Shown here in pieces: positions 48,862-60,552 of a stretch of 64,000 nt of DNA. Origin of the DNA: Podarcis muralis (taxonomy: Eukaryota); contig NC_135658.1 in the NCBI RefSeq assembly GCF_964188315.1, positions 22,940,001-23,004,000 of the forward strand, given 5' to 3'. Below the pieces are notes generated by a model, which had not been told where the DNA came from, made no database searches, and saw only the letters and a list, made by a program, of their open reading frames with translations. The stretch's first letter is position 1; each line of letters starts with the position of its first letter. The translations under genes were made by a program, and so were the position numbers.

Positions 48862-49371
48862 TGTCAGGGATTGGACTCAAGAGGGCGAGATGAAGGAGGA
48901 GGAGTGGTGGAGATCACACACACACCTTTCTCCTGCAGCATCAGGAGAAGGGGGAGGCAGCACTGAATTACAGCAGGGCTTTGAGGAGTCTGAGGGAAAT
49001 CACAGCTCAGAGATAGATGAACAAGAGAGTTGGGCAGTGTTAGAAGAAGTGGAGGGGACTGTAGCAGGGCAGCCAGATGACATGCTGTCACTAGAGAGTA
49101 TTTCTGATCCCCCTTCTCCCAGAACACGATGTTTGTTAAAAGTGCAGGAACAATGGAATCAGAGACATTTGACCACAAGTGGCCACAGTAAGGGAGGTGG
49201 GAGGAGGAGCCCAGTTTGGAGTAATGCCATATTTAGGCTTGTTGCTTTCTTTTGTCTCTCGCTATTAGGATTGACTAAAACTCATTTAAGAAGGACTCTA
49301 CCTTGTTTCCTCTGCTCTTGTTGCAACCAGGGAATGAATAGCTTTCCCGAAGCCTTGGCAGAGCCATGACA
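48862..49371 (+). mobile_element. Solo-LTR-like element
   Basis: TGTCA...TGACA; 5-bp TSD ctgct; empty site at about 35660. Confidence 0.85.
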
Positions 49372-49800
49372 CTGCTTTCCCCTCCCACAAAAAAACAAGT
49401 TCAGTTCTAGGCCCAAAAAAAGAAACCCCAAAATTTCAATGTGGGGCTAAGGAAGCCCTCTTGGTGCTAGACAAAAGCATTTTTATTTACCCAGGTTTTG
49501 GCTCTTGATTTGGAGGATAACCAGTTATGTCTGTGGCCTCTTTTTGAGTCAGGTCTCGGGGCCAACAGAAAGGATTCAGACTGTGATTCAGCACCCTGTG
49601 TCTTTGTTTGTTAATCAACACCTGCATAGTTGTGCCCCTTCTTTAATACTTTTCATTGCTTCTCATCCAGAAGTGATAGGTGCAGAATTCTGTTCAAAAG
49701 AATCACACAGAATTCTGAAGACAATATTTAATTGTTGTTAACCTTCACAAATGCCGAATAGTACCAGAGATATGCCGTAAGGGGCGGAGGTACATTGGGT

Positions 49801-52800
49801 TCAATCACAGCAGAAGAACTTCACATCATTAAGTGCTGTGTCATCGCCGTTGCCTTGGTAAGACTCCACCTTTGTCTGGATCCCACAGATATAACCAGAG
49901 GAGCAGCGATTGCTCCATGGGCCAAAATTACCCCAGTTAAGTCCCTGGCCCATCAGCCCAGTTCCGTCTTGACAGGTGAACTGGATGTTGTTGGCGGCCG
50001 TATCGTCACCATCGCCCTGGTATCCTTCCACTCTCAGAGAGTAAGAGATCAGATTGCTTTGAGGGCAATACTGAATCCCTGTCCAGGTTCCCCACCTGTC
50101 AAAGAAGACACTGGTGTTAATTATTAAAACATGGAGAGCCTTCTGCTTACATCTAAATGGATTAGCTCCATGTGAATATTCCAAGAGGATGCCCCCAATG
50201 TCTCAAGGGCTCTGCATTGTTGCATCCAAAGTATCACAAAGCAATTTCCTCTGCCCCTCCTTTCTGCCCCAACACTCGCTTCTCCCGGTGAGGGCAGAAG
50301 CAGTTCTCCGGGAACCCAGAAGCAGGTATTGTTGCTGTCTGAGTCTGTGAAACAGTTAATTGTCACTTTAATGTATCATTTCCAATAAGTATTGCTCAAC
50401 ACAGCCTAAGATCTTCTGGGCCTGAAATGGTCCAGAACAATTATTTGTTTACTGGAAAAGAGGAGAGAGTCTCAAAAAGCACACAATTATCCATTTATTG
50501 GGGCTCAACCTCTTTTGAGCTAGAGAACTCTTCTGAGGCATAGTGCCTTCCTGTTTTATTGGTTTTAGGTTTTCTTTTATGTTTTAAGGATATATTGTTT
50601 GGCGTTTTAGACTGTATACTGCATAGAGCTTTTTGAAATGTTGGGGATTGTAAATATTAAATAAACAAATATCTGATCCCTCCCGACTGGAATATGGTGT
50701 TTTCTGAATAAAATCCTTGTTCTCTTGAACAGACTTGGAGTTTCCATTTATCTCTATTTGTTTCTTGGCTTCCATGAGGCAGAGACAGATCCAGGTTTAG
50801 TCTTGGGTAAAATGTTTGCCTCCTTAATTCCCATCACTGCCCTCTCACTTAGCTGCTTCTCTGAGTCCAACATCTATGGCAGACCAAGAGGGAGAGGGCA
50901 AGATAACCAGAGGCTGCTGCTCCCTGTCCTTCCTCCTGTCCCTTGCTCAAAGAGATTCAGTGAACTTGTAAAGAGAGCAAGAGTTGCAACTAAGAAAGGA
51001 AGCTCAAGGTGTCTGTACTGGGCCCCCTATTGGGATACAGGGATTGGCAAGTGACCAACAGTGCCAACCTCTAAAACTCAACTGCAAAGTTGAGTTGGAA
51101 GCCAGCAAAAAGCTAGAGTTGGTGCCCTTTCAGAGGTCAGAAAAAGCAAGGTGAACCCTATGGTTTCTTTGTGCTGGTCTAACCTAGCATAACAAATTTC
51201 AGTTCAGCCCCTCCCACCAACACCTTCCCAAAAATTGCAACCAAAAAGAAATGAAATCCAGAGAGATGCTCACGATCCAGTTGCAGACTCAATTACTGAA
51301 CTGTCAGTGCAGTGCAGGCGAATTCCATTTAGGGCTGTATCATCCTCCTTAGAACCACCACCTTGGGGTGGCTCTACCTAGTGGGAAGAGAGATGAAGAG
51401 ACTGGGTTAAATCTGAGGATAAACCAAGGATTGCAAAAATCAAAGTCAAAAGTAAATCATGAATTCAATGAGATCTAAGTTCAATTAACGTGGCATGGAT
51501 GCAACAGTTTTCAGCTAGAATTATCCATTCTCTTAAGTCTCTTAAGACACAAGGGTCATCTAGTCCAACCCCCTGCGATGCAGCAATTATTTGCCCAACA
51601 TGATGCTTTAACCCACAACCCTAAGATGAAGAGTCTCATGCCCAACCAACTGAGCTATCACACCAGCCATACAGCCCATGTGAAACTCATTCCTTGAAAT
51701 GATCGTCAGCAAAAAAATAATAAAAATTAAGCATTCAGAATGTTGCAAGCTGCTGTCCTGAAGTATAAAACATACTTCAGGAATCTTTGAAGACATTTAA
51801 AAAAGCACACACTGGAATGTAAATAGTTTAATTCATGTTTCGTTCTCCTGGCAATTATGGGGATCACTTTCATGTGCAGATTTTTGCATTAACTCAATCA
51901 GCTTGGTTAAACCAAATTAGTTCATTCCAAGCACTGCCTTTCCCCCACAGCCAAAATTAGTTAAAGGTCCTGTGCTCTTCTTTACAACTTTTTCACTGCT
52001 TGCCAGGGAATTCAGTCGGGATCTCCTTCACCTTGGACGAGAATCATGCTAGTAGATCTAAAAGATAAGCGCACCATGCAAACCAAAACACGACATTGCT
52101 GCAAAACAATTGTTTTGTATGTGTGTGAGTGTATGTATTTTTGTTGTTTATTTTTGAATTGCACAATCCAATTCTTTGTGGGTGAGCGATGAAACACACT
52201 GCATTCAGCCGTAATTATAAACCTTGAGTGATTTTTTTTTTTAAGACTGGCAATCACTTCCAATACTGCAGGCTTCCCAACTTTGATCCCTCTCAGATGT
52301 TTTGGATGATAACACCCATCATCCCAGATCATTTGTCTTGCTGGCTGGAGTTGATGGGAGATGGAGTCCAACATATCTGGAGATATGTTGGAAAACATCC
52401 TACATGTAAGCAGTCCCACCAAACAGAGCCGGCCCAGTCATTAGGCAGGGTGGGGCTGCTGCTTCAGGTGCCAGAAACCCCCAATGTAGCATGCCCAAGG
52501 GTGCCCCACATCCCTTGCTGTCTCCACTATTGGCAGAGAAGCACCATTGGCACTGATTTTGAGCAAGACCACATACATTTGGGGCAAGATCTCACCCCAA
52601 ATTGGCATAATCTTGCCCCCATAGCCCAATGGCTGGGAGCACAGTGGAAGCAGAGCAGGCGGTGTCAGCTGAAGTAGTTAGGTCATGGTGGTAGTGACAG
52701 CAGCAGTTGGACGAAGTGGATCTTCCCCTTTTGCCTCAAGCAGTGAAACAGGATGCACTGCCCCACCACCAAATAATCTGCCCGCATACCAGAGCTTTTT

Positions 52801-53320
52801 TTTTCCCATCCAGAACTTGCCAGAACTCAGTTCCGGCAGCTCTCAAGCGGGCACTATTGCCGTTCTAAGAGAACAAGACACCTCTTTTTCTAGAAAAATA
52901 GCACTGCTGCATAAGTTGCTAATATATTTTACTTGGTGGCCCAAATTACCATCTGGCTACTCAACCTCTTATTGCCCATATTAGGGCAATAAGAGGCCCT
53001 TATTGCCCATATTAGTCCTCTGGACTAATAGACTTAAGAGTCCATCAGTTCCATATTGTTTCCCCATCTTCAGAAGGTGTTCAGAAAGAAAGGGAGGGAG
53101 GAACTTCAAAGTGAGCCAATGGTGACAGCAACCCTGGAGGAAACCTTACCTTCAGTGAGAAACCAAAAGCATATCCCTGAGGGCAAAACTGGATTACCCC
53201 CCAGGTACCCCAAGATCCTCCATTTGTCACAGAAAGGACGGAATTAAAGTCTCGGGCTTCCACAGACCAAAGGCAGCAGCAGAGGATCAAGAAGAACGCA
53301 GGTGAGGCAGTGAGATCCAT
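49801..53320 (-). CDS. VMO1: VMO1-like gene F, exons 53320-53150, 51377-51274, 50095-49801; 189 aa
   Basis: [57 protein letters not shown] / [34 protein letters not shown] / SWGTW...[12 protein letters not shown]...[14 protein letters not shown]. Canonical splice sites; TATA at 53371-53366. Recent paralog of D. Confidence 0.95.
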
Positions 53321-53365
53321 GGTATCTCTGCTCTGAAGCTAGTTGAAGGAAAGCAGTCTTGGGAA

Positions 53366-53371
53366 TTTATA
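53366..53371 (-). promoter_or_regulatory. TATA box of gene F
   Basis: gggcTATAAAttccc at the same spacing as in gene D. Confidence 0.75.
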
Positions 53372-53506
53372 GCCCAGAGGTCTGAGCCAGGTCATATCCT
53401 GAGACAATGAAATATTTTCTAAACTTGTAAAAGGTAAAGGAAGACCACTAGTAGGTTTATTTGCATTGAATGTGCATTACGTGTCAATAGCAACTACAGC
53501 GTTAAG

Positions 53507-53777
53507 GGGAGCTGGCGTACAGCTTCCGGGTCATGCGGCCAGCATGACTAAGCCGCTTCTGGCGAACCAGAGCAGTGCACGGAAACGCCGTTTACCTTTC
53601 CGCCAGAGAGGTACCTATTTATCTACTTGCACTTTGACGTGCTTTCGAACTGCTAGGTTGGCAGGAGCAGGGACCGAGCAACAGGAGCTCACCCCATCAC
53701 GGGGATTCGAACCGCCGACCTTCTGATCAGCAAGTCCTAGGCTCTGTGGTTTAACCCACAGCGCCACCCGCATCCCC
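53507..53777 (+). mobile_element. 5'-truncated Sauria SINE in the gene F promoter region
   Basis: Matches the family from gggagctggcgtacagc to cacagcgccacccg. Confidence 0.9.
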
Positions 53778-54216
53778 TCGTGAACCTACAATTATTAGAT
53801 GGAAGATGGTGAGGGTTAGGGTTAGGGTGAATCATGTGAATCAGGTGCCACCCCACCCCACCCCCCATCTGCTGCTCTCAGGGCTACCCTGTACCATCAC
53901 CACTGCCATGGCCCTGACTGACTAAGCTGCTGTACAACCACAAAGACTGTTGCTGGCCAGTGTGCCTTTGGAATCTGCTGCCTGCAATGTGGCCGCACAG
54001 CAGGCTCACTGACTCTAGGGGGCTGAGGTTTCTTTGCTTGAAGGGTGCCTGGCCCCCTCAATGTCAGGAGACACTGCAGGTTTTGTGATGTCACACGCAT
54101 CTCCCAACACCACGCAGGCTAGTGCATTCTTCCAGTAGGCCACACCGGCCTGCGCAATGTCGGGAGATGCTCCCCACTTTCTCCCTGATGCTTAGGTGTG
54201 TCGTGTTTGTATGTGT

Positions 54217-54253
<37 letters not shown>

Positions 54254-55251
54254 ATGCATGCACGTGCCTAAAGCTGGGATCTAACAAACAACAGAAATGT
54301 TTACACAATGTGAGTACACAAAGAGGGCATTGCCGCATACAATCAGCTACAAAAATGGAGTCCTGTTTATACTGAAAACAAAATACTTGCACCAAATGAA
54401 GGGAAATTGTGAATCTGATGTACGAAGCACTTTGTATTTACTCTTCCCTTTAATTTTGAAGGGAAAAATAACCAATTCACTTTAAGTTACAGATAGGTAG
54501 CCGTGTTGGTCTGCCATAGTCAAAACAAAAAAAATTCCTTCCAGTAGCACCTTAAAGACCAACTAAGTTAGTTCTTGGTATGAGCTTTCGTGTGCATGCA
54601 CACTTCTTCAGATACACTTTAAATTATTTAATTGCAATGGTTCAGCAGCTGGTGGTTTTGTAGGGAACATGTGGAGTGTTTGTTCCTTTATTGTAAATTG
54701 TGCCTTATACTGTCTACATGTCTACTCAGAAGTAAGTCCCACTAAGTTCAGTAGGGTAGGTTAGGATGAGCAGTTGTAATTTGCTCAAGCTGGCCATGCG
54801 AGCTTTATGGGAAAGCTGGGATTCTTGGTATAAGAGCTTCTTGGTATAAGAATTGGAAGGCTAATAGCATGTAGAATTGCTTCCACACCATCACTTCCAC
54901 CTCACTAAATTTCTTCCAACAGCTGGAGGCAGCCATGTTTCCAAATACCAGTTGCTGGAAAGCTCATGTTCTGCTCCCTTGTTTCCCACAGGTATCTGGT
55001 TGGCCACTGTGAGAAGCAAATGCTGGGCTAGATAGGCCATTGGCCTGATCCAACATACTATTCTTATATTTCCAAGTGGTGGCAGGGAATGGGGCATGAT
55101 TCTGTAGTTCACCTCAAGTGCCAGAATGTATTAGTCTGGCCCTGAGAGGACAGTAAGGTGGCACAGTTGGGTCAGACCAGTAAGAGGTCCTTCTGAGTCA
55201 CTGGGCCTTACAGCCAGTGCCTGACCTAGTTGCCCTACCTGGAAGTATTTA

Positions 55252-55490
55252 CAGTGGTACCTCGGGTTAAGAACTCAATTCGTTCTGGAGGTTCGTTCTT
55301 AACCTGAAACTGTTCTTAACCTGAGGTACCACTTTAGCTAATGGGGCCTCCTGCTGCCGCTGTGCCACCACACGATTTCTGTTCTCATCCTGAAGCAAAG
55401 TTCTTAACCCGAGGTACTATTTCTGGGTTAGCGGAGTCTGTAACCTGAAGCATCTGTAACCTGAAGCATCTGTAACCCGAGGTACCTCTG
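55252..55490. mobile_element. Tigger/pogo-type MITE (same family as 27717, opposite orientation)
   Basis: TA-cagtggtacctcgggtt...aacccgaggtacctctg-TA. Confidence 0.85.
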
Positions 55491-56660
55491 TATATTTCGA
55501 AAGCTGGGTGATTAAAAAAAAACTTGTAATAAATTGGTTATCAGCCTACAGTTATACACTGCGTGTGGTTTTGCTCCCAGGACCCAGAGAAAAGGGGGTA
55601 AAGGTGGATAGTAAATAGTTTCTTATGCAAATTTGGACTATTTGTAGTATTTGCAGTAAAAGCAAACATAGCCTGTTTTTCGGTTAAGAAATTGCACATC
55701 CACCCTCTATAAATCTACTTATCTTTATTGATTCCCCAAACCAGTTCCTGCCTTAGTTGCCACAGTAAGCAGTAAACCATCCTCTGCAGGAGATCCAGTA
55801 AGACCCTTCAGAGATATCACTGGAGCAAATAGCTCCTTGGGGTCAGGTGTCTGATATAGGATATACAAAGTAAGTTGCATCTTCTGCAATAACAACTGTG
55901 AACACAACCGGTTTTAAGAGCCGTGTCGGTGGGGTGATATTGCCACCACCCTCTCATTAGTTACAATGGGAGGAAAATTCACTATGGTTACATCTGCGCC
56001 ATACACTTAAAGCACACAGTGTTCTCTCAAAGACTACCAAATTTATTTTGGCATAAGCTTTCATGTACCAGAGTCTACTTTGTTCCGTTCATGAAGTGTT
56101 AGTCTCATTTATCAGATCTATAAACATGCAATAATAAAGGCTGCTGGTGTAATCATTGGGGTTAATGGCAATGAAATGGAAAAAGCACCATCTGTGACAA
56201 TTCAAGTACACAGAATTATCACAGTGACCAGAGGCACCCTTCTCTTCTTGGTTTTATCTTTTCTAGGGCCCGGTCCTGGCACTGAAAATAAATTCAAGTT
56301 CTAAACCATGGATAGGGTATGTGGCCTTCCAGATATTGTGGACTACAACTCCCAACAGCCACAGCTGGCATGGTCAGTGGTCAGAGGTGATAGGCACTGG
56401 AGACCAACAACATGTGGAGGGCTGCAGATTCTCCATTCCTGGGCTAGCCCTTCTCAGCTCTACTTCAGTGTGGAACCTTCCAAAGATGGAACCATACTCT
56501 GGAATCTTTTATCTAGCAGCAGTCTGTTTTGCAATGATTACATCCCTGAAATGGGTTTAAAAATGGATGCTATGTTGCACTTGCCAGGCCTATTCTAATC
56601 TTCTAATTCCTGATCTTCAGAAATCTTTCCCCTTCTTTTTCTTGTATTTCAGTAGTGCGC

Positions 56661-56707
<47 letters not shown>
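56661..56707. repeat. (GATA)n microsatellite
   Basis: Direct reading. Confidence 0.95.
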
Positions 56708-57250
56708 TCACATCATCTTGTTCTGTGTCACCATCACTCACTCATTCTCAGGTTGGCTGCACAGCACATAGATTTTGCTCTTAGCGTCTCTTCCCAGTAA
56801 CCTCAGTTCCCTGATCCTTTCTGCTTCAGCGGGATCTCTGCTAGCACACCAAGCAGAAACCTGTAAATTCAGCTGGCATGACACATCTAATGACATCTGC
56901 TCTGCAGCTCCTGGCAGCCAGAGGGAAGGGTGTGGAGGAGAGAAAGTAGATGCTCTTTTTACAGAATCCATGGTACACCCAAATTGACTCCAGAATTGAC
57001 CATTTTCATGCCATTTGTTCTTCTACTGCTAGAACTGCTGCCATGGCTGATGCAGGGCCAGTCTGCAATGTATCACTTTGGAAGAAGGTATTCAAGCAAG
57101 AGGTGAAGACTCAACTCCAGGGATTTCTGGATTATACTGGTTTTTAGTCCCACAAACAGACTGAAATGGCCTTGGTGGATGATCTACACTGGGAATGGTA
57201 GGCAGTGCATGAGATCGCTGCCACTTCCACTGCACCACTCAGTCACCTTT

Positions 57251-57595
57251 AAGGTAAAGGTAAAGGGACCCCTGACCATTAGGTCCAGTCGTGACCGACT
57301 CTGGGGTTGCGGCGCTCATCTCGCTTTATTGGCCGATGGAGCTTCCGGGTCATGTGGCCAGCATGACTAAGCCGCTTCTGGCGAACCAGAGCAGCACATG
57401 GAAACGCCGTTTACGTTCCGCCAGGGCGGTACCTATTTATCTACTTGCACTTTGACGTGCTTTCGAACTGCTAGGTTGGCAGGAGCAGGGACCAAGCAAC
57501 AGGAGCTCTCCCCGTTACGGGGATTCGAACCGCCGACCTTCTGATCGGCAAGTCCTAGGCTCTGTGGTTTAACCCACAGCGCCACCCGCGTCCCC
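57251..57595 (+). mobile_element. Sauria SINE
   Basis: Full-length family sequence. Confidence 0.92.
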
Positions 57596-57949
57596 CAAAG
57601 GTCCCCCCCCCCAGTGACCTTTAGATTTCATTAATTTTTTTTGTGAGGAATAACACACACATTATAAAGAAGGGGGAAAGAGTAGTCAAAAGAGCATTTA
57701 GCAGGATTAGGGAGCGGAGTGAGCAAAGGCCAATTCTTCGCAGGAAGAGTTAAAGTCACCTACTAGGTCATTCATCACGAAATAACAAATTGCCTTAGCC
57801 AGCATCCATTCCTTTTGGTATCTGTATAGCTGACCACCTAAATTCCTCCAAGCATGCAAAACAAAACAAAAAATAGAAAGGGTTTACCTGGTCCTGTTAA
57901 TCTAGATTGCTTCTCACTAATATGTGTTTTGGAAGTCAGCCTTCTATGA

Positions 57950-58335
57950 TAAGTGTCACTTTTTCCTCTTTTACTGGAAGGCATCAATTTCTTATGTGTC
58001 TGCTTTTTTATAATGCTTTTTTATAATGCAATTTTTTTACGAATTGACTTCAAATTGAATAGTTACATTATTTCATATATTGACTTTCCACCCACAGTGT
58101 TTTTGCCCATACTGTTTTCTACTGCATTATATATTAAACTATTATCTATTACAGAAATCCATCTAATACTTGTCATTTTTCTACCACTACACCTGTCTCG
58201 AATCCTGCCCGCGATTTCATTTGACTGTAGTGCTTTTTCAAATAGTCCCCAAAAAAGTTCATTATTGTGATCTCTTATTATTTCTGTCAGCTTTGCCATT
58301 TCCACATAGTCCATAAGCCATTCCTCCTTCAATTT
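57950..58335 (-). mobile_element. Degenerate L1/Tx1 3' fragment
   Basis: EEWLMDYVEMAKLTEIIRD resembles the ORF2 C-termini at 17659 and 3956. Confidence 0.65.
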
Positions 58336-60213
58336 CTTATTATGTTAAGGCAGCTTTAGATGTACATACATATTTAGGAACTGTCTTGCTGAGCCAGAGA
58401 TCAGGTTTGTCTAGCCTAGCAACCAATTTCTCCTGGATTCCTGGTGTTTTATTGATGACCCTTTGCTGCGCAAGCTGCCTTGTAAATTCTCCATCAAAAT
58501 TTTAAATCAAATAAATAAATCCTGAGAGTGGCAGTGGCAGCAGCATAGGGAACTAGAGACAGGAAGAAAATCAATTCTGCTCACATTCAACAAGTGAACC
58601 TACCTGAATTGCATTTTCCAAAGCACTCCGAGAACCACAATACAACCGCCATTCAAAATTTGCAGTTCTCAGAATTTTGCAATTAATGCAATGTGTCAAG
58701 GGATGTGCATGAAAATGCATATATGGGTGGAAATAGCATGCAGAAATGTCTTATATTTAGAGAAATGGCTGTATAAAAACATGCCTTTTAGGAGAAATTC
58801 ACACTAAACTGCTGATGAATTTTCTTGGGAACATTAAAAAAAAATCTGAAATTGATATGCGAATGTGGAGATCTGAACTTAACATTGGAAAATGGAAAGG
58901 AAAGTAAAATTGACAGAATCACCTCTCTCTGTAGGGAACAGCTGCAGCCTGAACACTTTCTGCACAACCTGGGGCTTCTCACATTACCTGAGCAATGTGT
59001 GGGATACCTGCACTGAAACATCTTCTGAATTGTAAACGTAATGTGAGAAGGGGCCTGCGCCATCCAGTGCTGTCTGCCCTGCTATTTGCTAAAACTAACC
59101 TGACAGCAAATGATATCAGCGTTGCAATTAAATGTCACATTTAACACTCGCTCTGCTATGCCATTAGGAATGTAAACGGTAATGGCATTAGAAACTCATG
59201 TATCGCATTAGAACACCAGCTGCCAGCTGTTTTGCTGCCACCTGCTTCCTCCTTTGTTTTCTGTTGTGAAGGGGCAGGGAGAGCTCTTATTTTACGCGCA
59301 CATCACACCCTAGCAGAATAAAAAACTGCACCTCTCTCCCCCATTTTGTTCCAGAAACTTAGAGAAACTGTTTCCCGTGTGTAAGCTGAAAGACATCTCT
59401 TTCGAGGAAAGCTAAATAGGAGATTTAAATCTGATTCTGCAGCATCTTTGATAAGCCACATATTTTAACAAATGGCTGTTTTGAAAATGAAGATGTTAAC
59501 TTAGTTTCACTGATATGCAGATTACACTGTGAAATGCGAGGTCTCTTCGGTGCTGCAGAAGCATCGCTTTCTGCAGTCAGCTGGAAGCAGAGCTAAATGC
59601 GGGCTCAACAAAGGATTTTGTATGGTGCTCTGTTAGCTTCATGACGAAGATCCTTTACTGAGATGCAAGTTCCCATTCAGCAAAGTTCCCCTGCAACTTT
59701 AATTAATTAATGTTCATACACCTTCCATTATTGTCTCTGTACACAATTTTGCACAGTGCTTCAAAATCCTGCAAACCCTCTTCGGCTAGACACAGTAAAC
59801 TTTGGCGATTTCACCAGGCTAGAGGTGAAATCTTTGCAACCTTGCTTGGAAAGACCCAAGACTCTTGAGATGCTGAATTCTGCATGCAGAAGAACATTCT
59901 GCACACTTTGTTGCTGTTCTGCAGCATAACCCTCCATATGGGGGCTTCCACATAAGTCTTGGTGCATCGCTGACAACATTGGTGCAATGTGTGATGAGAT
60001 AAGGATGATACGAGGGAGGAGAATTTGAGACCTAGTAGCAGTGGGGAATCTGTGCCCCCCCCCCAGCCAGCATGGTCAACAGCATGGGAGCTGTAGTTCC
60101 ACAACATATGAGGGGCGAAAGTTCTCAATCCCTGTGCTCATCTCGTCCTCAGATATTCTAGAACAAACACATAAATTATTAAGCTTTTCCTACCAGCACA
60201 TGAGGGATATTAA

Positions 60214-60552
60214 GGGACATGGGTGGCGCTGTGGGTTAAACCACAGAGCCTAGGACTTGCTGATCAGAAGGTCGGTGGTTCGAATCCCCGTGACAGGGTG
60301 AGCTCTCGTTGTTCAGTCCCTGCTCCTGCCAACCTAGCAGTTCGAAAGCACGTCAAAGTGCAAGTAGATAAATAGGTACCGCTCCGGAGGGAAGGTAAAC
60401 GGTGTTTCCGTGCGCTGCTTTGGTTCGCCAGAAGCGGCTTAGTCCTGCTGGCCACATGACCTGGAAGCTGTACGCCGGCTCCCTTGGCCTATAGAGCGAG
60501 ATGAGCGCCACAACCCCAGAGTCGGTCACGGGGTCGCTTTACCTTTACCTTT
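60214..60552 (-). mobile_element. Sauria SINE
   Basis: Full-length reverse-complement family sequence. Confidence 0.92.

Larger units (their letters stand above)
46710..57690. repeat. Segmental duplication copy 2 (contains gene F)
   Basis: Colinear with 33710-42190, plus extra TE insertions. Confidence 0.85.

Noticed and set aside
48737-49369. 210-aa ORF
   Set aside because: Mostly inside the TSD-flanked LTR-like insertion; low complexity and absent from the paralogous copy.
55725-55883. Minus-strand terminal-exon-like segment (attgcag acceptor, AATAAA at the stop)
   Set aside because: Weak polypyrimidine tract, no recognisable protein and no partner exons.
56267-56314. Plus-strand ttttatcttttctag acceptor with a downstream gtatgt
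   Set aside because: Isolated splice-like signals with no coherent gene model.
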